DNA from: an uncultured Alphaproteobacteria bacterium | Lineage (GTDB): Bacteria; Pseudomonadota; Alphaproteobacteria; Micavibrionales; CSBR16-224 | Reading direction: 5' to 3' | Assembly: GCA_937941575.1 (NCBI GenBank) | Contig: CALDHH010000075.1 | Span: 1 to 49,180 of the forward strand | Length of the DNA stretch: 49,180 bases | Part shown: positions 1 to 8,201 of the stretch, piece by piece | Position numbering within the stretch: the first letter of the stretch is position 1 | Layout of the letters: each line of letters opens with the position of its first letter | Made by a program: the position numbers and the translations under genes | The notes under the pieces: generated by a model | Seen by the model: the letters and a program-made list of their open reading frames with translations, nothing else | Database searches by the model: none | What the model was told of the DNA's origin: nothing

Positions 1-1005
1 TTAAAAGATGCAGAAGAGCAACAACAATTAAAAGCCCTAAAAGCAATTATTGAAGAAAGAATGACTTCAACCTCTTCAGGTCCGCTAACAATCAACCAAT
101 CCGCCGCAATCACAAAGATGGTTAATGAAGGTAATTACAAAGAAGCATTAGAATTATCAAGCGTGGTAAGTCCAATTACTTCAACAATTACCAAAGAAAC
201 AACTGCAACAAACCCAGCCTCTGGTAATAACCATGCAACAACAAACGATAGATCTGCGGAAATATCATCAAGAATTACAGAATCTGTTACAAAAACCAAT
301 GATTTTATCGGCGTGATTGCTAATAAAATACAAGAACTTGAGAGCAAAGCACAGAAAGATCCTGCATCTAAGCAAGATCTAGCTGATTTAAATAATTTAA
401 GGGAATTAAACACAGTGCTGCAAGATAAACTTGCTGCGGAGAAATCTAATATAACGCCATCCATGATCCAAACTATTGAAAATAGGTTCGGAGATAGGAA
501 TTACGAGGGTGCATTAAATAGAGCAAAAGGATTGAGAAGAAATCCAAAACATGTAGTATCTCGCCAACCAGGAGAAAGAGCTAATAATTTTAATAGACCA
601 TCTCCTACTAGAGTTGAAGACATGATGGCTAAAAACTCAAAGACTATATCAGAGGCTAATCATTTTATAGTAATAGTACGTCAAAAAATACAGGGCATTG
701 AAAATTTAATAAAAAATAACGTCGCATCTGAACAAGAAAAATCAGACTTAAAAAGTCTAAGGGAATTAAATACAGTATTGCAAGACAAGCTTAATGCTAA
801 AACAGTAGATATAACTCCAGAGCAATTTAAACATGTAGAAGAGAGTTTTAGTAAAGGTAACTATGGGTCTTCCTTAACTGAAGCAAGAAAAAGCTATGAA
901 CCTTCTGTATCTAGCGATCCAAATGCAAAAGGACCTTATGATGAACGTATGAGAAATCAAACTCCTAAAATAGATAATGATCTAAATAAAGGCCCATCAA
1001 AATAA
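1..1005 (+). CDS. Hypothetical tandem-repeat protein, 5'-truncated at the window edge
   Basis: The frame of the 61..1005 ORF stays open back to nt 1 (LKDAEEQQQLKALKAIIEER-M...). There are at least three ~120-aa units, each ending in a NY-x-[EGS]-[AS]-L-like motif. Units 2 and 3 share LRELNTVLQDKL and near-identical DNA at 397-432 vs 757-792 (360-nt period). No catalytic motif or signal peptide is visible. Confidence 0.6.
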   Translation, partial: LKDAEEQQQLKALKAIIEERMTSTSSGPLTINQSAAITKMVNEGNYKEALELSSVVSPITSTITKETTATNPASGNNHATTNDRSAEISSRITESVTKTNDFIGVIANKIQELESKAQKDPASKQDLADLNNLRELNTVLQDKLAAEKSNITPSMIQTIENRFGDRNYEGALNRAKGLRRNPKHVVSRQPGERANNFNRPSPTRVEDMMAKNSKTISEANHFIVIVRQKIQGIENLIKNNVASEQEKSDLKSLRELNTVLQDKLNAKTVDITPEQFKHVEESFSKGNYGSSLTEARKSYEPSVSSDPNAKGPYDERMRNQTPKIDNDLNKGPSK

Positions 1006-1088
1006 AGATAGTAAATAAATACTAAATTACTTTTGATGTAAATAAAATACTTGGTTTTATTGGAAATTATCTATATATATTGTCACAT

Positions 1089-1790
1089 ATGGATCAGATA
1101 GAAAAAACAGAATTTAAAGCAAATATTAGTGATATTAGATATATCAATGATACAACCTGTATTTTAATTATAAATACGGATGAGGCCATGCAATTTAATT
1201 CTGGCCAATATGCGATGCTTAAATTTGCTGGTCATGATTACAAACCTTTTTCAATTGCAAGCTTCCCCAAAGAAAGAAAACTTGAATTTCATATAAAAAA
1301 TTCAGGTTACGGTATTGGAAAATTTATTCTAGAAAATCTTAAAATTAATGATGAAGTTTCAGTGCAGATTCCATTTGGAGTTGCTTGCCTTAAAGATAAT
1401 AACAGACCAATTTTAGCCATTGCAGGTGGAGTTGGAATTGGCCAGATTGGCTCAATAATTGATACAGCATTAAAAAATAACCGTAATATTGAGCTATTCT
1501 ATGGCGCATATGATTTTGACAATCTATATATGTTTGAATATTACAATAATATCTCCCAAAATAATTTTAAATTCACCCCTGCAATAGAAGCTGGTAAGCA
1601 TATTAGCTGTAAATTGGGTAAAATAGGCGATATCACATTAAAAAATATCAATAAATTAGCCGATTACGATGTCTATATCAGTGGCCCGCCCGATATGGTT
1701 AAATATACTGTAAAGCTTCTTATCGACAATTCCGTGAATGCTGATAATATATATTGCGATTTACCAATTGAAATTTGTTTGAAAGATTAA
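1089..1790 (+). CDS. Fre-like NAD(P)H-flavin/ferredoxin reductase family oxidoreductase
   Basis: Contains KPFSIASFP (RxFS-type flavin-binding motif), AGGVGIGQ (nucleotide-binding glycine motif) and YISGPPDMV near the C-terminus. Length and motif order are collinear with ~233-aa Fre-type reductases. The ORF opens at TTG 1080; ATG 1089 is preferred. Confidence 0.75.
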   Translation: MDQIEKTEFKANISDIRYINDTTCILIINTDEAMQFNSGQYAMLKFAGHDYKPFSIASFPKERKLEFHIKNSGYGIGKFILENLKINDEVSVQIPFGVACLKDNNRPILAIAGGVGIGQIGSIIDTALKNNRNIELFYGAYDFDNLYMFEYYNNISQNNFKFTPAIEAGKHISCKLGKIGDITLKNINKLADYDVYISGPPDMVKYTVKLLIDNSVNADNIYCDLPIEICLKD

Positions 1791-1792
1791 AG

Positions 1793-2389
1793 ATGGCCTC
1801 AGAAATTGAAAACTTAATAAAAGCATTGGCAAAACTACCAACCATCGGACCAAGATCGGCAAAATCAATCGCTTTGAAAATGCTCACTAAAAAACAAGAT
1901 TTAATGCACCCACTTGTAATTGCAATGGAACAAGCCATTAAGAACACAACTATTTGTAGTATTTGTAATAATTTAGATGCCATAAACCCATGCCATATTT
2001 GCCAAGATAATAGACGGGATCAATCCACAATCTGTGTTGTTGAGAAAATATCTGATTTATGGGCATTAGAAGGCACAAAATCTTATAAAGGCCTATACCA
2101 TGTTTTGGGTGGCGTATTATCTGCACTTGATGGAATTACTCCTGATGATTTGGACATTCCCAATCTTGTAACTAGATCACAAAACCCGAATGTAAAAGAA
2201 GTTATAATCGCTTTGAATACCAGCATAGATGGACAAGCAACCATGTATTACCTAACCGATTATTTAGAATTATCAAATGTTGAAATAACTGTACCATCCA
2301 GAGGAGTCCCAATGGGTGGAGAACTTGATCATTTAGATGATGGGACATTAATAACAGCCTTAAACTCACGCAAACAGATAGAGAATTAA
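1793..2389 (+). CDS. recR: Recombination protein RecR
   Basis: N-terminal helix-hairpin-helix ([17 protein letters not shown]), C4 zinc finger ([16 protein letters not shown]) and Toprim-like [17 protein letters not shown] 1793 lies just after the upstream stop; the TTG at 1775 in the ORF track is probably not used. Confidence 0.93.
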   Translation: MASEIENLIKALAKLPTIGPRSAKSIALKMLTKKQDLMHPLVIAMEQAIKNTTICSICNNLDAINPCHICQDNRRDQSTICVVEKISDLWALEGTKSYKGLYHVLGGVLSALDGITPDDLDIPNLVTRSQNPNVKEVIIALNTSIDGQATMYYLTDYLELSNVEITVPSRGVPMGGELDHLDDGTLITALNSRKQIEN

Positions 2390-2390
2390 A

Positions 2391-3215
2391 ATGAAAGAAT
2401 ATATAGAACAAGCATTCGCTAATAAAGACAATATTGAAAATAAAGAAGAGCTAAAGCAAAAAGTATCAGAAGTGTTAAAAATGCTTGATAGTGGTAAATT
2501 AAGAGTAGCTGAGCCAAGTGCAAATGGCTGGATTGTTAATGAATGGGCTAAAAAAGCGATACTTTTATACTTCATGTTAAATGATATGGATTTGGTAAGT
2601 GGTGGCATTGGTGAGAATGGAAATTGGTATGATAAAGTTCCATCAAAATTTGAGAACTGGGGTAAATCTGATTTTGAAACTGCTGGTTTCAGAGCTGTAC
2701 CAAATTGTGTGGTAAGACATTCCGCCTTTATTGGTAAGAATACTGTGTTAATGCCCTCTTTTGTAAATATCGGTGCTTATGTTGATGAAGGCACAATGGT
2801 TGATACTTGGGCAACTATTGGTTCATGTGCACAAATAGGTAAAAACTGTCACATATCCGGCGGTACTGGAATTGGTGGGGTGTTAGAGCCATTACAAGCG
2901 AATCCGGTAGTAATTGAAGATAATTGTTTCATTGGTGCCAGATCAGAAGTTGCAGAAGGCGTAATTGTTGAGACAGGATCCGTATTATCAATGGGTGTAT
3001 ATTTAGGTGCGTCAACAAAAATTATTAATCGCGATACCGGTGAAGTACATATGGGTCGAGTACCTGCTTATTCAGTAGTTGTACCTGGTACAATGAAAGG
3101 TAAATCCTTGCCAGATGGCACCGATGGGCCAAATCTATATTGTGCAGTTATCGTAAAACAGGTTGATGAAAGAACCAGATCAAAAACATCTATAAATGAA
3201 TTATTAAGAGATTAA
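2391..3215 (+). CDS. dapD: 2,3,4,5-tetrahydropyridine-2,6-dicarboxylate N-succinyltransferase
   Basis: 274 aa, with strong collinear similarity to E. coli DapD as I recall it ([59 protein letters not shown]; hexapeptide repeats). Confidence 0.95.
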   Translation: MKEYIEQAFANKDNIENKEELKQKVSEVLKMLDSGKLRVAEPSANGWIVNEWAKKAILLYFMLNDMDLVSGGIGENGNWYDKVPSKFENWGKSDFETAGFRAVPNCVVRHSAFIGKNTVLMPSFVNIGAYVDEGTMVDTWATIGSCAQIGKNCHISGGTGIGGVLEPLQANPVVIEDNCFIGARSEVAEGVIVETGSVLSMGVYLGASTKIINRDTGEVHMGRVPAYSVVVPGTMKGKSLPDGTDGPNLYCAVIVKQVDERTRSKTSINELLRD

Positions 3216-3216
3216 A

Positions 3217-4350
3217 ATGACCATTATCGATGATGTAAAACTGACCCAAGATTTAATTAGATGCCCAAGTATTACACCAATCGAAGGCGGAGCATTAAAC
3301 CTATTACAAGGAATTCTTGAGAGCTTAGAATTTAATTGTCAGCGTTTAAAATTTGAAGATGTTGATAATCTTTATGCAAGATTTGGTGATAAACAACCAA
3401 ATTTCTGTTTTGCTGGTCATACAGATGTTGTACCGGTTGGAGATGAAGAATCTTGGTCTTTTAAGCCATTCTCTGGTGATATAATTAATAATGAGATTTG
3501 TGGCCGTGGTGCAGTAGATATGAAAGGTGGCATTGCTGCTTTTATATCTGCCCTATCTAAATTCCTAAATGACAATAAGAATTTTAATGGCTCGATATCT
3601 TTATTAATCACTGGTGATGAAGAAGGTATTGCCATTAATGGCACCAAAAAAGTCCTTGAATGGATGGCAGATAATGATGAAAAAATAGATTATTGCATCG
3701 TAGGAGAGCCAACCAACCCGAATATACTGGGCGAGATGGTCAAAATTGGACGTAGAGGCAGCCTTAATGGTGAAATTACTGTTATTGGTACCCAAGGTCA
3801 TGTTGCCTACCCGCATTTGGCGGATAATCCGATTCCTAAAATAACTAAGATAATCTCAAAACTAATTGAATTTAAACTTGATAACGGATCAGAATATTTC
3901 CAACCATCTAATTTAGAAATAACTTCAATCGATGTTGGTAATCCAACTACTAATGTTATCCCAGAAACTGCCACAGCTAAATTTAACATCAGATTTAATG
4001 ATATTCATTCTGGCAATAGTTTAAGCGATAAGATTAGATCTGAATTAGATAGTTTAGATATAGATTATAGTTTAGATATTAGAATCTCTGGCGAAAGCTT
4101 CGTTACTGATGATTTGAAATTACAAAAATTAATCTCCGAAGCAATTTATGAAGTTACAGAAATCAAAACTGATTTAAGCACAACAGGTGGAACATCTGAT
4201 GCAAGATTTATAACAAATTACTGTCCAGTAATCGAATTTGGTTTAACTGGACAAACAATGCATAAGGTGGATGAGAGGATTAATATAGATGATCTTCAAA
4301 CATTAACATCTATTTATTCAAAGATATTGGATAAGTTCTTTATTAACTAG
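3217..4350 (+). CDS. dapE: Succinyl-diaminopimelate desuccinylase (M20 peptidase family)
   Basis: Contains AGHTDVVP, GRGAVDMKGG, ITGDEEG, VGEPT and GTQGHVAYPHLADNP, which are the DapE signature blocks. It is 1 nt downstream of dapD. Confidence 0.95.
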   Translation: MTIIDDVKLTQDLIRCPSITPIEGGALNLLQGILESLEFNCQRLKFEDVDNLYARFGDKQPNFCFAGHTDVVPVGDEESWSFKPFSGDIINNEICGRGAVDMKGGIAAFISALSKFLNDNKNFNGSISLLITGDEEGIAINGTKKVLEWMADNDEKIDYCIVGEPTNPNILGEMVKIGRRGSLNGEITVIGTQGHVAYPHLADNPIPKITKIISKLIEFKLDNGSEYFQPSNLEITSIDVGNPTTNVIPETATAKFNIRFNDIHSGNSLSDKIRSELDSLDIDYSLDIRISGESFVTDDLKLQKLISEAIYEVTEIKTDLSTTGGTSDARFITNYCPVIEFGLTGQTMHKVDERINIDDLQTLTSIYSKILDKFFIN

Positions 4351-4384
4351 GACTACTATTACCTTTCAAAAAGTAATAAAAAAA

Positions 4385-4408
4385 GGCCGTATCAATTAAG
4401 ATACGGCC
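4385..4408. terminator. Bidirectional Rho-independent terminator between dapE (+) and the pilin gene (-)
   Basis: GGCCGTATC-AATTAA-GATACGGCC is a perfect 9-bp stem. It is flanked by A7 (4378-4384) upstream and TTTAATTTTT downstream, so a U-tract follows the hairpin on either strand. Confidence 0.85.
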
Positions 4409-4434
4409 TTTAATTTTTAAACTATTTCTAGCTA

Positions 4435-5202
4435 CTATTGGATTTTAACTAATAAACCACAATCTTTTGTAACAAGAGTTTCGTCGTAAGTATCACCAGA
4501 AGCACCACCTGTTAGACAGCTAGCAGCAACTCCGTAACCTTGTACGAAACCAGTTGTAGATTTACCGTCATCCATTTTACGGTCAATTTGTGCCGCACGG
4601 ATTGGAGTTAAAACCTGAGAACCAGCAGTTTGGCTAATCGCAGCATTTACGTTATTCTGTAATGATAATACTAATCCACTTGGTAAAACCGCACCACCAG
4701 CAACAGTAGCACCATCACCATGACCTACGTGAAAACCACCACCAATTTTAGCAGATGGGTGTGATTCACCCCATGCTGGAACTGTTGGAGTTGTCATTAA
4801 TGCATCAGATACACCAGCGATTAAATCAGCTTTTAATAGGTGTAACCAAAACATTGATGTTTCAGCGCCTACTGAAGTAACAGCAACACCAGCCTGATCA
4901 GTACCAGCAGCACCGGCAGTACCAACGATTGAGTCACCCGCAGTAGCTGCAGCTGGATCACAGTTAGTTGCACAGTTTGGTAAACGTGTAGATGCGTTTA
5001 ACATGTCACCTGGAATTGCACTAAAAGAATCACGGAAAGTAGTTGTTGCTGCTTCGTAAGATTTTACTTGCGCAATTGTCGCTGTTACACGAGCGTTTTC
5101 CATTAATTCTTGACCTTTTAAAATACCACCGATCAATAGACCAATAATTGTCATCACGATTGCTAGTTCAACAAGCGTAAAACCTTTTTCTGTTTTTTTC
5201 AT
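4435..5202 (-). CDS. pilA: Type IV prepilin, unusually large (255 aa)
   Basis: Class III signal MKKTEKG|FTLVELAIVMTIIGLLIGG has Gly(-1), Phe(+1), Glu(+5) and a hydrophobic alpha1-N helix. There is a C-x3-C pair (NCATNC) and a C-terminal C-x18-C loop (SCLTGG...KDCGLL). SD AAGGGGA lies upstream. Confidence 0.9.
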   Translation of the reverse strand: MKKTEKGFTLVELAIVMTIIGLLIGGILKGQELMENARVTATIAQVKSYEAATTTFRDSFSAIPGDMLNASTRLPNCATNCDPAAATAGDSIVGTAGAAGTDQAGVAVTSVGAETSMFWLHLLKADLIAGVSDALMTTPTVPAWGESHPSAKIGGGFHVGHGDGATVAGGAVLPSGLVLSLQNNVNAAISQTAGSQVLTPIRAAQIDRKMDDGKSTTGFVQGYGVAASCLTGGASGDTYDETLVTKDCGLLVKIQ

Positions 5203-5286
5203 ATTTATCCCCTTTACGTTATAATAAAAAAACTTATTAAATGATTTCTATAACACATTTATAAAAACCACTTATGCATAGTTAAT

Positions 5287-5299
5287 GTGAATAATTCAC
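5287..5299 (-). promoter_or_regulatory. Candidate operator: 13-nt perfect palindrome upstream of the pilin gene
   Basis: GTGAAT-A-ATTCAC lies 85 nt upstream of the pilin ATG in the 231-bp pilin/AraC intergenic region. This is motif evidence only, in an AT-rich background. Confidence 0.3.
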
Positions 5300-5433
5300 G
5301 ACTGCATGACTAATAATGTACCATAAATAGTAAACACTTCATTAACAAAGCACTATTCGACTACTCAATATGCTAACTTGATAAGTTGATAATAGTTAAG
5401 TCATTGAAATATAATAAATTGTATAAGTTAAGA

Positions 5434-6507
5434 TTATTCTTTATTTCTATAAATAGATGGAGATATACCAGTTATATCTTTGAAAACACGGTTAAATGAA
5501 GCCAAAGAGTTAAATCCAACCTCAAATGCAACTATTTTTACAGGAATCTCTGGATTATTTAGCATTCTTTTTGCATCTTCTACCCGATATCCGTTCAATA
5601 AATTGGGTACACTTTGATTAAATGCAATATTTACGACCCTTGATAATATATTTTCTGAAATATCTAGCTCCCTTGCCAGATCTGAACGGCTAAAAGACGG
5701 CTCATGATATAGTTTATCCAAGGTCATTAAGTTATTTATCTTATTTATAAGCTCTTTCTCTTCATCGTTAAGATCTTTTACATCTGATTTCTTCTTTTGA
5801 TTCTCTAATCTTAAGGATTGAGGATAGATTCTAAATAGAACAGTGGTTGCCAAATATACAAATAGTAATGAAATGGATACTCTTAATAATTCTGTCTCTT
5901 TTATATTAAAGTAATTTGTTGAATACATTAAGTTAACAGCAATAGAATATATATTCGTTGTTATGATCGATATTATAAGCCAATATTTTTCCTTACCCAT
6001 TTTTGATTTTATTAGATTCTTAAAGAAGCTATCGTGGAAAATTAACAAAAGAAGTATAAGACTTCCCAATGTTGAGCCTAATACATAGAGCCATTGAAAG
6101 AAATCATCACAATAACTAACAGCTTCATCACACATATTTGTATTTAACTTTGCCCCATAGACAATTAAGACAACAATTATTGGCATTAGAATGGTTAGAA
6201 ATTCTTTTTTCTTCGGTATATCTCCGAATCTACCAATTTGTAATATAAATAAATAGCTAACTGGGATACTAAGCGACCATAAGAACCATGAAGATAATCT
6301 TATCTCATCGTAAAAATCATTTAAACGGAATGATACATGCGAGATAAATAATAGAGCGAGTATAAAAAAGTATAATATAGCCAAAAAAGCCTGTCGCCAT
6401 TCTTTTAGACGCGATAATATATATACAAGTATTAAAACGCATTGAAATAAACCTGTAATAGCCAGCCATTCCACCGATGAAAATGTTAAATTATATATGA
6501 ATTGCAT
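5434..6507 (-). CDS. Membrane-embedded AraC/XylS-family transcriptional regulator (about 7 TM helices plus C-terminal HTH)
   Basis: About seven hydrophobic segments in residues 1-230, then a KKKSDVKDLNDEEKE linker. The AraC-type double HTH follows (SRSDLARELDISENILSRVV ... FEVGFNSLASFNRVFKDITGISPSIYR). Confidence 0.85.
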   Translation of the reverse strand: MQFIYNLTFSSVEWLAITGLFQCVLILVYILSRLKEWRQAFLAILYFFILALLFISHVSFRLNDFYDEIRLSSWFLWSLSIPVSYLFILQIGRFGDIPKKKEFLTILMPIIVVLIVYGAKLNTNMCDEAVSYCDDFFQWLYVLGSTLGSLILLLLIFHDSFFKNLIKSKMGKEKYWLIISIITTNIYSIAVNLMYSTNYFNIKETELLRVSISLLFVYLATTVLFRIYPQSLRLENQKKKSDVKDLNDEEKELINKINNLMTLDKLYHEPSFSRSDLARELDISENILSRVVNIAFNQSVPNLLNGYRVEDAKRMLNNPEIPVKIVAFEVGFNSLASFNRVFKDITGISPSIYRNKE

Positions 6508-6600
6508 TTTGAAACAGCTTTTTAACAGAGATTATTAATTTTCAATTATAATATATCCGTTTGAATAACAAGTAAAGCAGTTGAAATTCTATAGAAGCTA

Positions 6601-7335
6601 TTATTTATCTTCCCAGGTCTCACCAAATTTATCTTCGGCTGGAGAATCTTCTTGTAATCTTTCTTCAATAAATGATTGCATGAAGTTAACTTCGTTTGGG
6701 TGAAGATTCTGAGACTCGGTTGCCAATAAAGATTCAATAATTGTTTTTGCAGCTTCTTTTTCACCCAAAGCAGTTAAAACGAATATTGGCATCTGTCTTG
6801 CCCATATCGGCATATCTGGATTTTGTAAATCTGCTAGTTTATATGCAAGTTCTAATGCATATTCAAGATCATGCATTCTATATCTTGCAAGGAATACTGC
6901 ATGGGCAAGCCATCTCCATTTTTCACCTTCAGCATTATTTCCAGCTTCTGATAAATAATCAACAATTACATTAATGTCTTCTGGAACCTGAGTTGCACCA
7001 AAATAATAAGCAGCAGCCATTGAAACATGATCTGATTTTGCATCCATTTTATGAAGCAACCAAAACCAATGTTTTAACATTTGATAATCGTAATCTTTCA
7101 ACGGTGTAACACTGCCACCTGTATCACCAAGATTTTGTAATGTTAACGCACCCATTCTATAAGAAAATTGTGGGTCGCCCAATGTCATTGCCAAAGCACC
7201 TTGATAACTTGGTACTGGTGGAACGCCTGGCCATTTTGCTCTCATATTATTACTAAAAGCCCAATATAATCCATTTATAATTAAAAAGGAGAATAATAAT
7301 ATCTTAGATATGTTTAAAGATTTGTCGCTATTCAT
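6601..7335 (-). CDS. Hypothetical N-terminally anchored helical protein, translationally coupled to the ABC-2 permease
   Basis: One N-terminal TM (ILLFSFLIINGLYWAF), then a helical, repeat-like body. Its ATG overlaps the permease stop by 1 nt (TAATG at 7333-7337). I recognise no family. Confidence 0.6.
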   Translation of the reverse strand: MNSDKSLNISKILLFSFLIINGLYWAFSNNMRAKWPGVPPVPSYQGALAMTLGDPQFSYRMGALTLQNLGDTGGSVTPLKDYDYQMLKHWFWLLHKMDAKSDHVSMAAAYYFGATQVPEDINVIVDYLSEAGNNAEGEKWRWLAHAVFLARYRMHDLEYALELAYKLADLQNPDMPIWARQMPIFVLTALGEKEAAKTIIESLLATESQNLHPNEVNFMQSFIEERLQEDSPAEDKFGETWEDK

Positions 7336-8156
7336 TAAAACTGCCTACGTATTAAATCAAAATTTGCACATATAATTGTTAAGGTAATGAATACAAAACC
7401 CTGTAAGAATACAAATATTGGTAATCCCAAACTCGCAACTGCATCTATTATAAAATCACCTGTATTTTTAGAATACTCGACACTAGACATGCCATCAACT
7501 CCATATACTAACCAGCTTGTTTGACCCATAAGATCTAATCTTGGTATAATTATAGAGATAAATTCTAAGAAACTACCTAAAATTGACATTATAAAGCCAT
7601 CACCTGGTACATCTGCTATTCCAAGCAAAGTTCCAACCATTCTTGCCAAAGCATAGAAACCTAAACAAGCCAAAGCAGAACCTGCAGCACTTGATAAAAC
7701 CATTGAGAAGAACAATGCAAGACAAGAGATCAACATAAATTCAATTAAAATTGACCATCCCCAAACAAATAAACCATACATATCTGGCTTACCCAATACA
7801 AATACAGCTAGAATAACTGCAGCAGCTACTATTGCTGATAAAACAATAAACGCAAAAGCATGGCTTATTAAATATTTAGTCTTTGATATCGGTCTTGAAA
7901 GTAAAAATTCAACTTCTTTATTATCAAAAGCACGTCTTACATAGAATGATATAAATAACACTAGCCCTAAAACACCTAAGAATCTTAGACCACCTGAACC
8001 GAATACTACTGAGAAAGTTTGCTGTTCTGTCATAGATGCACTACCTAAAAACACAGCCATACTGCTACCCAACAAGATCATTAAGATCAATGTTATTACT
8101 AATTTATCTCTGAAAGCTGCTGTCAAAACATAGCTGACTAAAGGACCTGAAATCAT
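7335..8156 (-). CDS. ABC-2-type transporter permease-like membrane protein
   Basis: 273 aa with about six hydrophobic helices and no other domains, the size and topology typical of ABC-2 permeases. SD GGAG lies upstream. The assignment rests on architecture only. Confidence 0.6.
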   Translation of the reverse strand: MISGPLVSYVLTAAFRDKLVITLILMILLGSSMAVFLGSASMTEQQTFSVVFGSGGLRFLGVLGLVLFISFYVRRAFDNKEVEFLLSRPISKTKYLISHAFAFIVLSAIVAAAVILAVFVLGKPDMYGLFVWGWSILIEFMLISCLALFFSMVLSSAAGSALACLGFYALARMVGTLLGIADVPGDGFIMSILGSFLEFISIIIPRLDLMGQTSWLVYGVDGMSSVEYSKNTGDFIIDAVASLGLPIFVFLQGFVFITLTIICANFDLIRRQF

Positions 8157-8201
8157 TTTAACTCCATTATATCTTCTTAAAAAAGGTTACTCATTTAAAT
8201 A

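Noticed and set aside
5203-5433. Sigma54 (TGGCAC-N5-TTGCA) promoter upstream of the pilin gene
   Set aside because: I found no GG-N10-GC element in the correct orientation on the minus strand.
6546-6974. ORFs 6546..6764 (-) and 6741..6974 (+) overlapping the 244-aa gene and its 3' flank
   Set aside because: They are alternative-frame or antisense ORFs with junk-like composition. The 6601..7335 frame is supported by translational coupling to the permease.
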